Below are positions 34,613 through 44,749 of a stretch of 55,252 bases of DNA, piece after piece. Source of the DNA: a virus. Taxonomy: Duplodnaviria; Caudoviricetes. Below the pieces are notes generated by a model, which did not search any database, was not told where the DNA came from, and was given only the letters and a program-made list of their open reading frames with translations. The translations under genes were made by a program, and so were the position numbers. The stretch's first letter is position 1, and each line of letters begins with the position of its first letter. The stretch spans positions 1-55,252 of IMG/VR virus record IMGVR_UViG_3300037258_000366. One strand, given 5' to 3'.

Positions 34613-34629
34613 GACTTCTTTTTAATTTT

Positions 34630-35412
34630 TTAACTTGACGAATTACTCAGTTCATTAAAGTCTGCCTGAAGCTGAGTGTAGTTGAACCCGTTAACATCAC
34701 TGCCCTGAACTGACAGCCAGTCTTCTGAAAGGCAGATCCATGCTTCTTCCACGTAGTTCCTGACGAATTCTCCGTTCATCTTCTGAAGTGCTCCCCACGT
34801 TATAACAGATTCCCCGTTCATAAGTGAGGAAGCTGAGTACTGCAGGCAAATAGCATGGCCCCCTTCTATTGGGGAATCTGGATCATATGTCCAGGGCAGT
34901 CCTTCAGAGAATTCCTGCTGAGCAGACTGAGGGCAGTTTATTCCCAGGTATACTGTACCGAACAGGTACAGTATCTGCTTCAGCGCTTTCGGGTTAGCAG
35001 GATAAGCCATTGATGCGAAAGCGGAAATCTTGTGCCCGCCTACACCTGTCTTATTCCAGTACCCGCAAACATCCTGAAGGTTCGCGCCATTATCAGTTGA
35101 GGGATTTCCTGGTACGTAACCTCCCACAGCCTCATACAAAGACAGGATGTCACTGTTAGGAAGAGTTACCTCATTTCCCGCATATGCTGTCCAGCCCTGA
35201 ATCATGTGCCCTACTGCCGCACAAGTGCAGTCTCCTAGCTGATCATTGTAATACATTGGCCATGATGATACTAGTGATGCTCTGTCTACTACTCCCGGTG
35301 CTGCTGGCAGAGCGGAAAAATCTACATACTTCTCCAGAGTTAGCCTCGGATGAGTTTCCTGTGGATGAGGAGCCGTTCTTCCTAGCTTCCCTGGTGTCCT
35401 GTTACTGTTCAT
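34630..35412 (-). CDS. Papain-like (C1-related) cysteine peptidase fold protein
   Basis: NDQLGDCTCA (catalytic Cys), GGHAI (His), ITWG. Confidence 0.7.
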   Translation of the reverse strand: MNSNRTPGKLGRTAPHPQETHPRLTLEKYVDFSALPAAPGVVDRASLVSSWPMYYNDQLGDCTCAAVGHMIQGWTAYAGNEVTLPNSDILSLYEAVGGYVPGNPSTDNGANLQDVCGYWNKTGVGGHKISAFASMAYPANPKALKQILYLFGTVYLGINCPQSAQQEFSEGLPWTYDPDSPIEGGHAICLQYSASSLMNGESVITWGALQKMNGEFVRNYVEEAWICLSEDWLSVQGSDVNGFNYTQLQADFNELSNSSS

Positions 35413-35454
35413 GATTCTCCTTATACTATTGATTTACCAATAGTATAGCAAGAA

Positions 35455-35886
35455 TCACCACATTCTGCGAAGCTCCAGGTTATCCATGAAGTCTCTCGTC
35501 ATCAGTCTTTCCGCGATTCTGTCCACCCTGGCCCAGTGCTTCTTCAGCATCTTCTCAGCATTCTCAAAAGCGTCAAATACGAAATCCTGATTATAGTATT
35601 CCTCAAGATAAAGAAGATCTTGTGATCCTTTGAACATGGAAGGAACGACATACAGAGCTTCAATGGTTTTTACAACATTCTGCCCACCAAGTTCCATCGT
35701 CTCACATGTAGTCCCGGCAATAGTTACGGCTGCATCCTGACCTTCAGTCTCAATCTCTCCTATCCGTGTCATGCCAAGATCACATAGAGGCGGCATCTTT
35801 ATAAAAAGAACATCTAACCCTAATGCGATAGCTGATACAGCATGACCTGCTTCATGATAGGCAGTTTCTTTTCTTTCTCTGCTCAT
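35455..35886 (-). CDS. Zinc metallopeptidase (M41/FtsH protease-domain-like, stand-alone)
   Basis: TAYHEAGHAV motif; GSQDL; W..VDRIAERL. Confidence 0.75.
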   Translation of the reverse strand: MSRERKETAYHEAGHAVSAIALGLDVLFIKMPPLCDLGMTRIGEIETEGQDAAVTIAGTTCETMELGGQNVVKTIEALYVVPSMFKGSQDLLYLEEYYNQDFVFDAFENAEKMLKKHWARVDRIAERLMTRDFMDNLELRRMW

Positions 35887-36359
35887 GACAGGTATTCCTC
35901 CACTCCTCTTGATATGAGTCTTACGTTGAGTCCTTCAGCATCCTCGAAGAAAAATTCCTCCCCCGAATTTCTGTCGGTTACAGACCATGTTACTTTCTTG
36001 TCTGCCCCGCACTGCGGGCACTCCTCTTCATAGACACCTACCTCACCTACAAGCAGAACTTCAACGATGTCATTTTCTGCTGGCTCATACTCTTCGCTGA
36101 TTAAAGATATCCCTCCTCTGAGTTCTTCTGCGAAAAGTTCGAGAGCACTTATGGCTTCATCTGACGGAACATCATCTTTGGCCATGTGTCCTGCTAAAGC
36201 TTCTGCTGCTAAGGCTATACGTTCAGTGACCCTTTCCTCTAACCGAGCCTGAACAGCCATGATCGCCTTTTCGAGCGAATAAGGATTTGGCTCAATCATC
36301 TGCTCAAGTTCGTATACTTCATTAGCTGCTCTTAATAGATCTTCGTCAACTAAATTCAT
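35883..36359 (-). CDS. Acidic hypothetical protein with CxxC
   Basis: ORF track; ATGA coupling. Confidence 0.65.
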   Translation of the reverse strand: MNLVDEDLLRAANEVYELEQMIEPNPYSLEKAIMAVQARLEERVTERIALAAEALAGHMAKDDVPSDEAISALELFAEELRGGISLISEEYEPAENDIVEVLLVGEVGVYEEECPQCGADKKVTWSVTDRNSGEEFFFEDAEGLNVRLISRGVEEYLS

Positions 36360-36360
36360 G

Positions 36361-36669
36361 CTACCTCCTTCTCCACCATTTTCTCTTATCCTCCAGAGTA
36401 TTCCACGCCGTCTTTACAGACGCAGAAACTCTCTGAACCGACTTTTTCGCTTTTTTCGCGGCATCTCTGGAAGCTTTCCATGATTTATAGACCCTCTTAA
36501 GCAAAGATTCGGCAGCATTCATAATTTTCTCAAAATAATGCTGAACTAAAGCCGCGAAAAGAACGGCGCCAATACCTAAGTCACGAAATCTTCTCCAGAG
36601 ATTCTCTGTCTCTGGCGGTTTCGCTGGTGGATGTGGCATCGTACTTCCTCCCCGCCCGAATGAATTCAT
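36361..36669 (-). CDS. Membrane-associated hypothetical protein (start uncertain)
   Basis: ORF track. Confidence 0.5.
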   Translation of the reverse strand: MNSFGRGGSTMPHPPAKPPETENLWRRFRDLGIGAVLFAALVQHYFEKIMNAAESLLKRVYKSWKASRDAAKKAKKSVQRVSASVKTAWNTLEDKRKWWRRR

Positions 36670-36910
36670 ACATAGCTGTAATCTCAGTTATACTCACTAC
36701 AGTAAGCCAGAACGGACTCCATGAAGACTGCGGATAAAACTCTGAAAGGATGAAAAGTCCTCCTATAAGCATCAGCACAACTAAGATGGCTCTCCTGACA
36801 TACTTTTTTGCCCTGTTAGTTTTTATCCACACCGGCCACCCTCTTGAGTAGTAGCCAGAACTGTAGGCGATAAGCCAAATTATAAAAATGTACCAATTTA
36901 TTCCTTGCAT
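36581..36910 (-). CDS. Membrane protein
   Basis: AGGAGG SD; three TM segments. Confidence 0.65.
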   Translation of the reverse strand: MQGINWYIFIIWLIAYSSGYYSRGWPVWIKTNRAKKYVRRAILVVLMLIGGLFILSEFYPQSSWSPFWLTVVSITEITAMYEFIRAGRKYDATSTSETARDRESLEKIS

Positions 36911-36921
36911 AAACTACCTCC

Positions 36922-37083
36922 TTAACTACGGCATGCTCTGAGACCTTCTTCCGCTGCGTGTGATATCTCATCTAGCGCATCTAAAAGTTCTTCTCTTTCA
37001 TCTTCAGTGATCTCAGCGTCGTTTATCTCATCAAGCATATCTTCCGATAAATCTAAAATATACCTGAAATCATCTTTTAACAT
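36922..37083 (-). CDS. Small acidic protein
   Basis: MLKDDF...; GGAG SD; TAATG coupling to the upstream gene. Confidence 0.55.
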   Translation of the reverse strand: MLKDDFRYILDLSEDMLDEINDAEITEDEREELLDALDEISHAAEEGLRACRS

Positions 37084-37835
37084 TATTCTCCATAGACCCA
37101 CTCCATTGTTTCTGTGTCCAGTATCCCCCAGTTTCCAGGACATCCATCACAGTTAAATCCGTTAACCCTTACCGGGCCATACCCAAAATCATATACGTCT
37201 TCCAGAGCCATGTGCTCATGACCATGCATCAGGAATGCTGGCTTTACATGATCAACAATGTCCTGCAGTTTTTCCATGTGAGCTTGTGATATGGCAAGAT
37301 CTTTGTCTGGCCAGTTTGAGTGCGGGAAAGTAATAGGAGCTTTAGACGGCCTGTCATGAGTCAGCATTACATCAGCATGACCACCTGCAATAGCGTAATC
37401 TCTCTGCTCATCTGTGATCAGTTCCTCAGGAAACCAGGACACATTTTCCTCGCGGTAAGATTTATCAACAGACGCTGCTCCTCCCATGATCAGCCAGACT
37501 TTACCGTCAAGAGTAAACCGGTAACCTCTTCTCATCCAGTAGATGTGATCGGATATAGTTACCAGCATATTACAGTCATTCTCTGCCTGCTTTATAAGCA
37601 GCTTGTGATTTTCATGATTACCGTCCAGAAATTGTAACTCCGCGTCGTTCTCAGCAAGAATCTTCTCCAGCCGTACTCTGTATCCCTTCCCAAACTTCCC
37701 CGGCCAGTACCCAAAATCCCCTAGATGGTAAATGACACGGAATGGCTGATCTTCTAGCTGAGCCGCGATTTTGGGTACTGTGATTTCTGCCCAGTAAGCG
37801 TTTCCGTGCCAGTCACCTGCAATCGCGACCTTCAT
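37083..37835 (-). CDS. Calcineurin-like metallophosphoesterase
   Basis: GDWHGN, GDFG, DGNHEN, THD and HGHEH motifs. Confidence 0.9.
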   Translation of the reverse strand: MKVAIAGDWHGNAYWAEITVPKIAAQLEDQPFRVIYHLGDFGYWPGKFGKGYRVRLEKILAENDAELQFLDGNHENHKLLIKQAENDCNMLVTISDHIYWMRRGYRFTLDGKVWLIMGGAASVDKSYREENVSWFPEELITDEQRDYAIAGGHADVMLTHDRPSKAPITFPHSNWPDKDLAISQAHMEKLQDIVDHVKPAFLMHGHEHMALEDVYDFGYGPVRVNGFNCDGCPGNWGILDTETMEWVYGE

Positions 37836-37844
37836 GTTATTCTC

Positions 37845-38033
37845 CTAAGCTGCTGCGTGCAATGGCCTCAAAGGCATTATGCCTACTCCTGCCATTACTT
37901 CTGTATCCTCAACATCCTTCCAGTAGAGTCTCTGTAACAGATCGAGATGGAACTCATGGTCATCTTGCCTGTCACACACGAGTTCCACCTCACCGTCTAC
38001 GTCAAACAGTTCTTTCCTTGCCCGGCACAACAT
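37845..38033 (-). CDS. Small hypothetical protein
   Basis: AGGAGG SD. Confidence 0.6.
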   Translation of the reverse strand: MLCRARKELFDVDGEVELVCDRQDDHEFHLDLLQRLYWKDVEDTEVMAGVGIMPLRPLHAAA

Positions 38034-38042
38034 TTTTCCTCC

Positions 38043-38462
38043 TTAACTGATTAACTCCCTGACATACTTTTCAGCCTCATAATCTGAGGCGGTTGCGACA
38101 TGTACACCGCCGTGACCACGGTGGTGGAATTCACAGAGCCAGAGAAGATTGTCAGCAGACTCCACCCACGACCCAACATGATCTGGATCACTGATTCCGG
38201 GATAGTCTGCTTCAAGCCACTTGAGATCCACTCCGTTTTGCAAGCTGAATTCAATGTGCGCGTGATGGAGTTCAAGTCCTCCTGAGCACTCGGAGTAATC
38301 GTTTCTGTGTTCCCCGATTGCGCATTTTGCTTCTGTTTTTGTCTTTTTCCTGTACGCTTCAAAGTCCACATAATGCGGATCATCCTTTCTCGCGGGATGT
38401 TCTGGGTAATGCATGAGATATTTGTGCGAAGATACCTGAGTATGTGCTGCTACTTCAGTCAT
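38043..38462 (-). CDS. HNH-like His/Cys-rich protein
   Basis: C...LELHHAHIE...NLLWLCEFHHRG..GVH. Confidence 0.6.
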   Translation of the reverse strand: MTEVAAHTQVSSHKYLMHYPEHPARKDDPHYVDFEAYRKKTKTEAKCAIGEHRNDYSECSGGLELHHAHIEFSLQNGVDLKWLEADYPGISDPDHVGSWVESADNLLWLCEFHHRGHGGVHVATASDYEAEKYVRELIS

Positions 38463-38924
38463 AATGACTCCTAAAGAGGTTTTGGCATTCCTCTCTTTAT
38501 CGTAGCATTATTCCTCGCCCTTCTTGCTCCTTCTTTGTCGCCGTTTCTGTTTCTGATTTTTGCGACGATTTCCCATAAAGCAGCAATAGTTGGGTCTTTA
38601 TCCTGATAGGCAGCAGCAGCCGGAAATGGCGGCTTGTATCTTTTCCTTACGTTCAACAGCAAAACCACCAGTCACAATTTTTATTGCTGCATTGCACTCC
38701 TGACCACAGCGCATCTATAGCACTGCCGCAATCAGGGCACATGTCAGTCTGGTCTGCATCATCGTACAGGTCATCCATTACTCAGTCACCTCGCCGCTTC
38801 TTTCCGCGATCTATGGACCTTATCATTCCCCGGCCCATTCTTGCTGATGCTGTTCTCTTCCATATGAAGACCAGCACTGCAATGATTATGATTACGGCGG
38901 CAACAGCTATTAACATATCTCCTC

Positions 38925-39245
38925 CTACTCTATTTCCCAGCCCCACGAGAGAGCCGCAAAAGCTTCCTGAGTCATCATTACAGAAGTTCCTCTTCCAGCA
39001 TTAACGACCATAACTTTACGCGGAGGATTATCTCCTGTTGCCTTGCCTTTTATCTTTGCTCTGTCGTTGTTATCAGAATGCTTATTCTGCCTTGGTGCAG
39101 TAAGCCATCCTGGGCTGTGCTTTCTTCTCAGAGGAATTTCCACTGGCTCTCCGGGCTGGCCTACATGAGGATCACTCTTGTAGAACCTCATACCGTTAGA
39201 GTCTATATAACCTGGACCTTCATATCTCCCGAAATTCTGCTTCAT
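38925..39245 (-). CDS. Hypothetical protein
   Basis: GGAGG SD. Confidence 0.6.
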   Translation of the reverse strand: MKQNFGRYEGPGYIDSNGMRFYKSDPHVGQPGEPVEIPLRRKHSPGWLTAPRQNKHSDNNDRAKIKGKATGDNPPRKVMVVNAGRGTSVMMTQEAFAALSWGWEIE

Positions 39246-39247
39246 GA

Positions 39248-39691
39248 CTATACCCTCCTTATTCCTCTCTTTATTTCTGCCGCACCTTTTTTCTTGTTTA
39301 CTTCTACTCTCGGGCCACGGTCTGATCCCACGATTCTTCTTATCATGCTGTGTTCCCTGTTTTTGTCCGACTCAAGCTGGCTCAGTTTATCCCGTGCCTG
39401 GATGAATTTCCCGACGAGGTGCAGTGGTGGTTCCCTGCCAGTTTCTATTCTGTTCTGCATGACAATATCAGCACTGTGCATACGGGACATCCATTTCTTC
39501 AGCGGCTTGCGGTATTCCCCGTCTATTTTTGCATCTTCGTGATTAATCTGGTGCTGAATTCTGGCTCCCTGACTTATATCAGTTCGCCTGTTCAGGGAAA
39601 ATACCCTCAGTATGAGAATGACCACTACCGCAATAACCAGGTAGATAACCGCATGCTCAGCGTCATCGAAGAGTACCACTAAGGCGTGCAT
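39248..39691 (-). CDS. Membrane-anchored protein
   Basis: N-terminal TM. Confidence 0.6.
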   Translation of the reverse strand: MHALVVLFDDAEHAVIYLVIAVVVILILRVFSLNRRTDISQGARIQHQINHEDAKIDGEYRKPLKKWMSRMHSADIVMQNRIETGREPPLHLVGKFIQARDKLSQLESDKNREHSMIRRIVGSDRGPRVEVNKKKGAAEIKRGIRRV

Positions 39692-39890
39692 GACTTACCC
39701 CTTTACTTTAGGCGGAGTCACCTTTGGGCCATGCAGTCCTGATGTGTGCCACCAGGTGGATACATCCGTAATAACATCATGCGTTAGATGACCAGCCGAG
39801 ACAGCACTGATCAGCATCAGTATAACCAGTCCTGCGAATATCCTGATTATCCATTTTTTCATTGAAGAAAACATTTACTTCTCCTTCCTG

Positions 39891-40106
39891 TTAATCTGCC
39901 TCTTTACCCGAGAATACCTGTTTAAAGAGGTGGCGCACAGGAGTATCCGTCGTTCCGAGTTTTTCATCAGCCTTACCGGCTGCTTTCCTGATGCCGACGA
40001 ACACGGCAACAACTGCCGCGAGAAACACGATCACGAGTACCGCAGTAAGGTAACTGCTGAGATGAGCAGTGGAAATTCCTGTGAAATTATTAGCTAAGTT
40101 ATTCAT
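39891..40106 (-). CDS. Membrane protein
   Basis: One TM; first gene after the leftward promoter. Confidence 0.6.
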   Translation of the reverse strand: MNNLANNFTGISTAHLSSYLTAVLVIVFLAAVVAVFVGIRKAAGKADEKLGTTDTPVRHLFKQVFSGKEAD

Positions 40107-40161
40107 TTTACCCCCTAAGTTTAGATGGCTGCATCCCGGCAGCCCTGTCTCTGCTGGTCAC

Positions 40162-40190
40162 AGCCTACACTGTGCGGAGGCAGTTGTCAA
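40162..40190 (-). promoter_or_regulatory. Leftward promoter of a divergent pair
   Basis: TTGACA-N17-TAGGCT. Confidence 0.8.
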
Positions 40191-40219
40191 GCCCCCGCGA
40201 AGATTTTTCCGCCTGCCCC

Positions 40220-40248
40220 TTGACAAGCCGGTCGCAGGCGTGTACAGT
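40220..40248 (+). promoter_or_regulatory. Rightward promoter of a divergent pair
   Basis: TTGACA-N17-TACAGT. Confidence 0.8.
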
Positions 40249-40352
40249 GGTACATGTAGCTAAGGGGTAGGGGATAGGCTGTAGCTCTTACAGGCTCCGC
40301 TTACGCTTCGCCTTACATAGCAGACAAGCCGGATGATGAGAAGGAGGATGAT

Positions 40353-40673
40353 GTGAGATTAAGATTCTGGAGAAATGATGATGCTGATGAAATTAAGGTT
40401 CTTCAAAGAGCAAAAAATTCACTAACTGAAGAAACCTGGGCTAAGGGAGAAGACCTAAACGCTTTAGCTAGTCCGCCAAGAATGTGCATCATCACAGCAG
40501 TATCGATTGAGTCAATGAAGTTCACCAACCCAGGACTGTACGGAAGAACAATACAGAGGATCAGGCAAGTTCTTCCTGAAGGTCAGGATATTATCATCAG
40601 ATTTAATGATGATTCATCAACAACACTTACTGATATACATGAAGTATTTGATAAAGCCATAGCGCTGAAGTGA
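40353..40673 (+). CDS. Actinophage hypothetical protein
   Basis: WAKG...MCIITAV...FNDD..TT..DI..VFDKAI. Confidence 0.7.
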   Translation: MRLRFWRNDDADEIKVLQRAKNSLTEETWAKGEDLNALASPPRMCIITAVSIESMKFTNPGLYGRTIQRIRQVLPEGQDIIIRFNDDSSTTLTDIHEVFDKAIALK

Positions 40674-40879
40674 CACAGATAGGAAAGAGACTGAGGTGGC
40701 CGTATGTATGCTGCTTATGTGGCAATGGATTTGGGGAGACGGGTAAAGTTACTCGTATGGCCATTGCTCTGCCCGTTAATAAACCAGAAAGGTTTACTGC
40801 AGATGTAGTTATCTGCACACAATGCAAGGAACACACAATAGGTATGCTGATAACATACCTCGAAAACATGGAGGAATAA
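40670..40879 (+). CDS. Small zinc-finger protein
   Basis: CCLC...CTQC; GTGA coupling. Confidence 0.6.
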   Translation: MTQIGKRLRWPYVCCLCGNGFGETGKVTRMAIALPVNKPERFTADVVICTQCKEHTIGMLITYLENMEE

Positions 40880-40880
40880 A

Positions 40881-41357
40881 ATGAGAACCTTATCGAGAAG
40901 TCTTTCCGAACTTGCGGGCTCTGCCCGCAGGGCAGTTGAAACATACGTTCAGATCTTCAGGAACCCTCAGACATTCAATCAGGGGTCGTGGAGAAGTGCC
41001 AGCAGGTGTAACACTACCTTCTGCTTTGCCGGGCATGTTGCTAACAATGCTGGCGGCAAGTGGCTCGGCGGTCCTGAGTCAGACGTGTCTTCATCACTTC
41101 TGTATGATCCCGCAGTTGATACTAATCCAGTTGAGATTGAGGCCGATTACTTCGGCACTCCGATTAAAGTTGAGATAGTCTCAGCTTCAAACAGGGCAAA
41201 AGATCTTCTTGGGCTTAGCGAATATGACGCATATAGCTTGTTCTCAGGCGCGAATTCGCTGGACAAGATCAGGAGCCTGATCACTGAGTACTTCGGTGCT
41301 GATCCTCACGATTACCTGTCAGGCACAGAACTGGCCGAGCGGGGATACTACAGCTAA
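40881..41357 (+). CDS. Hypothetical protein, tandem paralog of 41399..41983
   Basis: Shared P.T(F/W)(N/D)Q..WR...C....CF.GH...GG.W...A..LLG...G.N.L...R....Y.G.DP. Confidence 0.75.
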   Translation: MRTLSRSLSELAGSARRAVETYVQIFRNPQTFNQGSWRSASRCNTTFCFAGHVANNAGGKWLGGPESDVSSSLLYDPAVDTNPVEIEADYFGTPIKVEIVSASNRAKDLLGLSEYDAYSLFSGANSLDKIRSLITEYFGADPHDYLSGTELAERGYYS

Positions 41358-41398
41358 GATTTTTCCGGAAAAAGGTTACTAAACTAAGGAGAAGAAAA

Positions 41399-41983
41399 AT
41401 GACTACTCTGACAAAAGAGCAGGCAATAGCTGTTAAGTACTACCAGATCATCCGTGATCATCCTGAGACGTGGGATCAGTCTACCTGGAGAAACCTGGAT
41501 TCTGCGGCGGAAGAATATCCCCGTCCAGGTTCTTCCTGCCCGAAAAACAGGTGCGGCGCTAAACTCTGCTTCTTCGGGCATATTGCTGAAGGTGAAGGAG
41601 GAAGATGGGTTTCGGATAACGCTCTTTCTTCTTTTGCATCATCTCTTTTCGCTGAATCCGCAGATCCCTCTGACAGCGTGCAGATGTTTGATGTAAATCA
41701 GGACAGCTATCCCGGTCGCACGATCAGCATTCCTTATGTTTCTGTTGAGGTCCGGGTAGCGCGCCTCCTGGGTTTTGATGACCCAGAAGATGATGCTGTG
41801 ATGGATCTCTATGATGGCGAAAATGAGCTTGAGGATCTCCGGGATAAGATCATGGATTATCTCGGTGTTGATCCTGATTCCGGGGAACTTGTGGATGATG
41901 ACTGTAAATACTGCTGTGACCCGTTTATTTCAGACTTCAGCGATGGGTGGACAGACGGGTGGGATTTTGCCATTATTAACTAG
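41399..41983 (+). CDS. Hypothetical protein, tandem paralog of 40881..41357
   Basis: Same shared motifs; AGGAG SD. Confidence 0.75.
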   Translation: MTTLTKEQAIAVKYYQIIRDHPETWDQSTWRNLDSAAEEYPRPGSSCPKNRCGAKLCFFGHIAEGEGGRWVSDNALSSFASSLFAESADPSDSVQMFDVNQDSYPGRTISIPYVSVEVRVARLLGFDDPEDDAVMDLYDGENELEDLRDKIMDYLGVDPDSGELVDDDCKYCCDPFISDFSDGWTDGWDFAIIN

Positions 41984-42150
41984 AATCTGTAAACGCATCT
42001 GCATAATCTTCCGGGGTTTCTGCTCCTTGATCTGGAGTCAGGTAAAAATCATGTTCCAGGAAACCAGAGAGCAGAGGCTCCGTAAGATTGCGGAGCACAG
42101 CAGAAAACGTGAAATATACATAAGAGGAAAAACCATAGTTTAGGAGAGAT

Positions 42151-42570
42151 ATGTTATATCCAGAAGAACTTCAGCCGCAGATAAATAAGATCAGGAATTT
42201 GCGGGCAGAGTGGGTCAAATGGCTGGACAGCGGGGAGCTTGAGCAGACAACAAGCCAGTTAGCTGAATATGACTACGCCTCTTACTGCTGCTTAGGTGTA
42301 GCAGAGGAAAAGGTTGGCTACGTCTGTGATATTACGAGGGGTGCCGGTGGCGGGTACACAATGCCAGATCCTGATACTTACCGCAATTATGAAGACACGC
42401 TGTATGAGGATTCAGAGCTTCATAGTGCGCTCAGAGAAGCTCTTGGCCTGAGTGAGTCACAGCAGGATATACTTATCAGCCTCAATGACGAAGGAGCAAG
42501 TTTCGGGATGATTGCCAATGTGATCAGGCGGCTGCCGGTTTACGTCAATGGCAGTTACTACGACGTTTAA
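42151..42570 (+). CDS. Phage hypothetical protein (YCCLGV...LND.G.SF..IA family)
   Basis: AGGAG SD; conserved-looking motifs. Confidence 0.7.
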   Translation: MLYPEELQPQINKIRNLRAEWVKWLDSGELEQTTSQLAEYDYASYCCLGVAEEKVGYVCDITRGAGGGYTMPDPDTYRNYEDTLYEDSELHSALREALGLSESQQDILISLNDEGASFGMIANVIRRLPVYVNGSYYDV

Positions 42571-42687
42571 GACTATTGGTGACGCTATCAGTATGCTCCC
42601 GTTTTACATTGACGGGCAATATTACGACTAGAGGGAGGTGATAGCCATACCTGACGGGACACATCCCAGACCATGGAAATTAAAACC

Positions 42688-42724
42688 AGGCCCCTGATAC
42701 GGCAGTTAATGTATCAGGGGCCTT
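42688..42724 (+). terminator. Hairpin terminator
   Basis: aggcccctgatac-N10-gtatcaggggcct-tt. Confidence 0.6.
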
Positions 42725-42875
42725 TGGCATAAGGAGAGAAAATGAGCAAGGCTACGGGGGCAAAAAAGATAAAGCTCAGGGTGAGGATACGTATACTGGA
42801 AGCGCAGGTAGACGCTGAGAAGAGAAGAAATATCATCCTGAGAATTCTTCTGAGAGACAGGCACGAGGGAAATGA

Positions 42876-43103
42876 ATGAGATCACTCTCATGCTGGTTTG
42901 GCCATGCACTTCCCTCTCTTCATGTATTCTGCACTCTTGATGACTGCGGGTGCTTCTGCCATATGGGCGGGGAAAATCTTAAGTACAGGAAGTACACTGG
43001 CTCAGAACTGAAAGGTCATGTGAAACGGATGAAAAGAAGCAGGTTCTACGTACCAGGAAAAGGCAGTTCAATTATGCGGAGGAAAGACGATGCAGACGAC
43101 TGA
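42876..43103 (+). CDS. Small Cys/His-rich protein
   Basis: CWFGH...H..C...C.C.CH. Confidence 0.5.
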   Translation: MRSLSCWFGHALPSLHVFCTLDDCGCFCHMGGENLKYRKYTGSELKGHVKRMKRSRFYVPGKGSSIMRRKDDADD

Positions 43104-43560
43104 AACCATAACAAAATACTTTTGCGATCTTTGCGGGGAAGAGCACCTGAAAGAAGATCTTAAAGAGTTCTCAAGGCATTACACTGATACAAGCTATTCA
43201 GGAGCTTTTACGTAGTTTCCGCAGGAAACTACGTAAAAGCTGATGTATGCAGAAGATGCAGGCTGATCAAGTTCATGCAGCGACTTGATGATTTTCTGGA
43301 CAGCAAAATTTCTGGGAGGGAAATGCCAGCAAAGATATACGGAACAGGTGCAGACAGGATTATACCTGTATCTGTTCCCCCGCAATGGGAGGAGATAAGA
43401 TGAGCGGGAAAGATAAGGGCATGACATCATGGCTGTGCTATGTGAACGTTCACATTATCTGCCGGGGAAAGCACTGCCAGTGTGAGTGTCATGATGAAAG
43501 CAGAAAAACAAGAAACGGTATAGCATACCCTGATCCGTGGCACAAGACTAAGAATATAAA

Positions 43561-43752
43561 ATGAAACTGAAAAGCCACGACTGGATATGGGGCTCCCTTG
43601 CATCAAGATGTGCCAATTGCGGCCTGCCGTGGTTTGCTGACAGCAGCAGGGAAACGGCGGTAAGAAACCTGTCCAAAACATGTGAAGGAGCTAAAGGATC
43701 ATGGGAGCGGCTCCAGAAGAAAATAAGGAGGGATAATGAGCGGAACGTCTGA
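43561..43752 (+). CDS. Small hypothetical protein
   Basis: HDW...CANCG; plus-strand operon. Confidence 0.5.
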   Translation: MKLKSHDWIWGSLASRCANCGLPWFADSSRETAVRNLSKTCEGAKGSWERLQKKIRRDNERNV

Positions 43753-44038
43753 ATTCTGGCTTGGGATAATAATTTCGGCAGTAATAGCATTACTGATAAG
43801 CGCATACTTTTATTCTCGCGGCAGAAAAGATCTTGATAAGTCAGAGATACGGACAAGGAAACATACAGGTCTGCTGATGCGGGTCATACAGAGGGAACAG
43901 GTTTCCAAAGGCGCTGCAGAAGGGAAAACAAGAGTTTCAGCTGAAGTAAATTCTGAGTGGAATATTCTGAAGAAGGTGTTCCCCTGGACGATGATAGCAC
44001 TTATAATTATACTGGCACTGCTACTTTTCATACGATAG
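43736..44038 (+). CDS. Membrane protein (2 TM)
   Basis: AGGAGG SD; terminal hydrophobic helices. Confidence 0.65.
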   Translation: MSGTSEFWLGIIISAVIALLISAYFYSRGRKDLDKSEIRTRKHTGLLMRVIQREQVSKGAAEGKTRVSAEVNSEWNILKKVFPWTMIALIIILALLLFIR

Positions 44039-44047
44039 GAAGACAAA

Positions 44048-44314
44048 ATGAACCCGTACACTTTTCTGGGGCTGTTCCTGGTGACAGGAATAGTCCTGAG
44101 TATATTTCATGCCCAGGCAGTTAACAGGGCGCAAAGATCAGCAAATCGCCACCTGGAAGATGCTATCTATGCAGAATGGGGTAAGAGGATGGCATACATA
44201 GAAAAACTGATGCTAGATCCGGATGCTGTAGAGAACATAGTAGAGAATATGAAAACTATGAATCCTTCAGATGGGAGGATAGACAGGATGGGTAAAAGTT
44301 ATAAGAAAGACTGA
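44048..44314 (+). CDS. Membrane-anchored protein
   Basis: N-terminal TM. Confidence 0.6.
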   Translation: MNPYTFLGLFLVTGIVLSIFHAQAVNRAQRSANRHLEDAIYAEWGKRMAYIEKLMLDPDAVENIVENMKTMNPSDGRIDRMGKSYKKD

Positions 44315-44492
44315 TACTGTCAGGGTAAGCTATGTAAATATCTGTAATTTTTATCTGGCGTCCCCATATATGCCCATATGCCCGTTTAACTATGGGGGTG
44401 CCCGATTTATCATCATTTTACCCTCCACTGGCTGGCATAACGGACATGTGATGCTATTGTGGGTCATGTCCAGGAAGTGGAGGGTAAATCAT

Positions 44493-44584
44493 CATAGAGC
44501 ACTAACTAGGAGGAAGTGGGGGATATCAGAGTCATGGGGAGTAACTGAGGAAATATGTGGTATGCAGCCATAGAGCACTAACTA
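44493..44584. repeat. 16-bp direct repeat pair in the convergence gap
   Basis: catagagcactaacta at 44493 and 44569; aggaagtgg at 44472 and 44511. Confidence 0.7.
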
Positions 44585-44749
44585 CGGTACTATGACAGAC
44601 TATGGGGGACATAGGGTGTTATGTCGTTGTATCTAGTACTATGTTCATCTATGTAATCTTCATTGCACTTCTTTCCCGCGAAAATGTGTTATGTCCTTTG
44701 ATAGTCATAAAAATACCCCAGGCTGGCTGCCTGGGGCGGGATGTCCTGG

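Noticed and set aside
370-39682. Plus-strand short ORFs across the minus-strand block
   Set aside because: They are antisense shadows of well-supported genes
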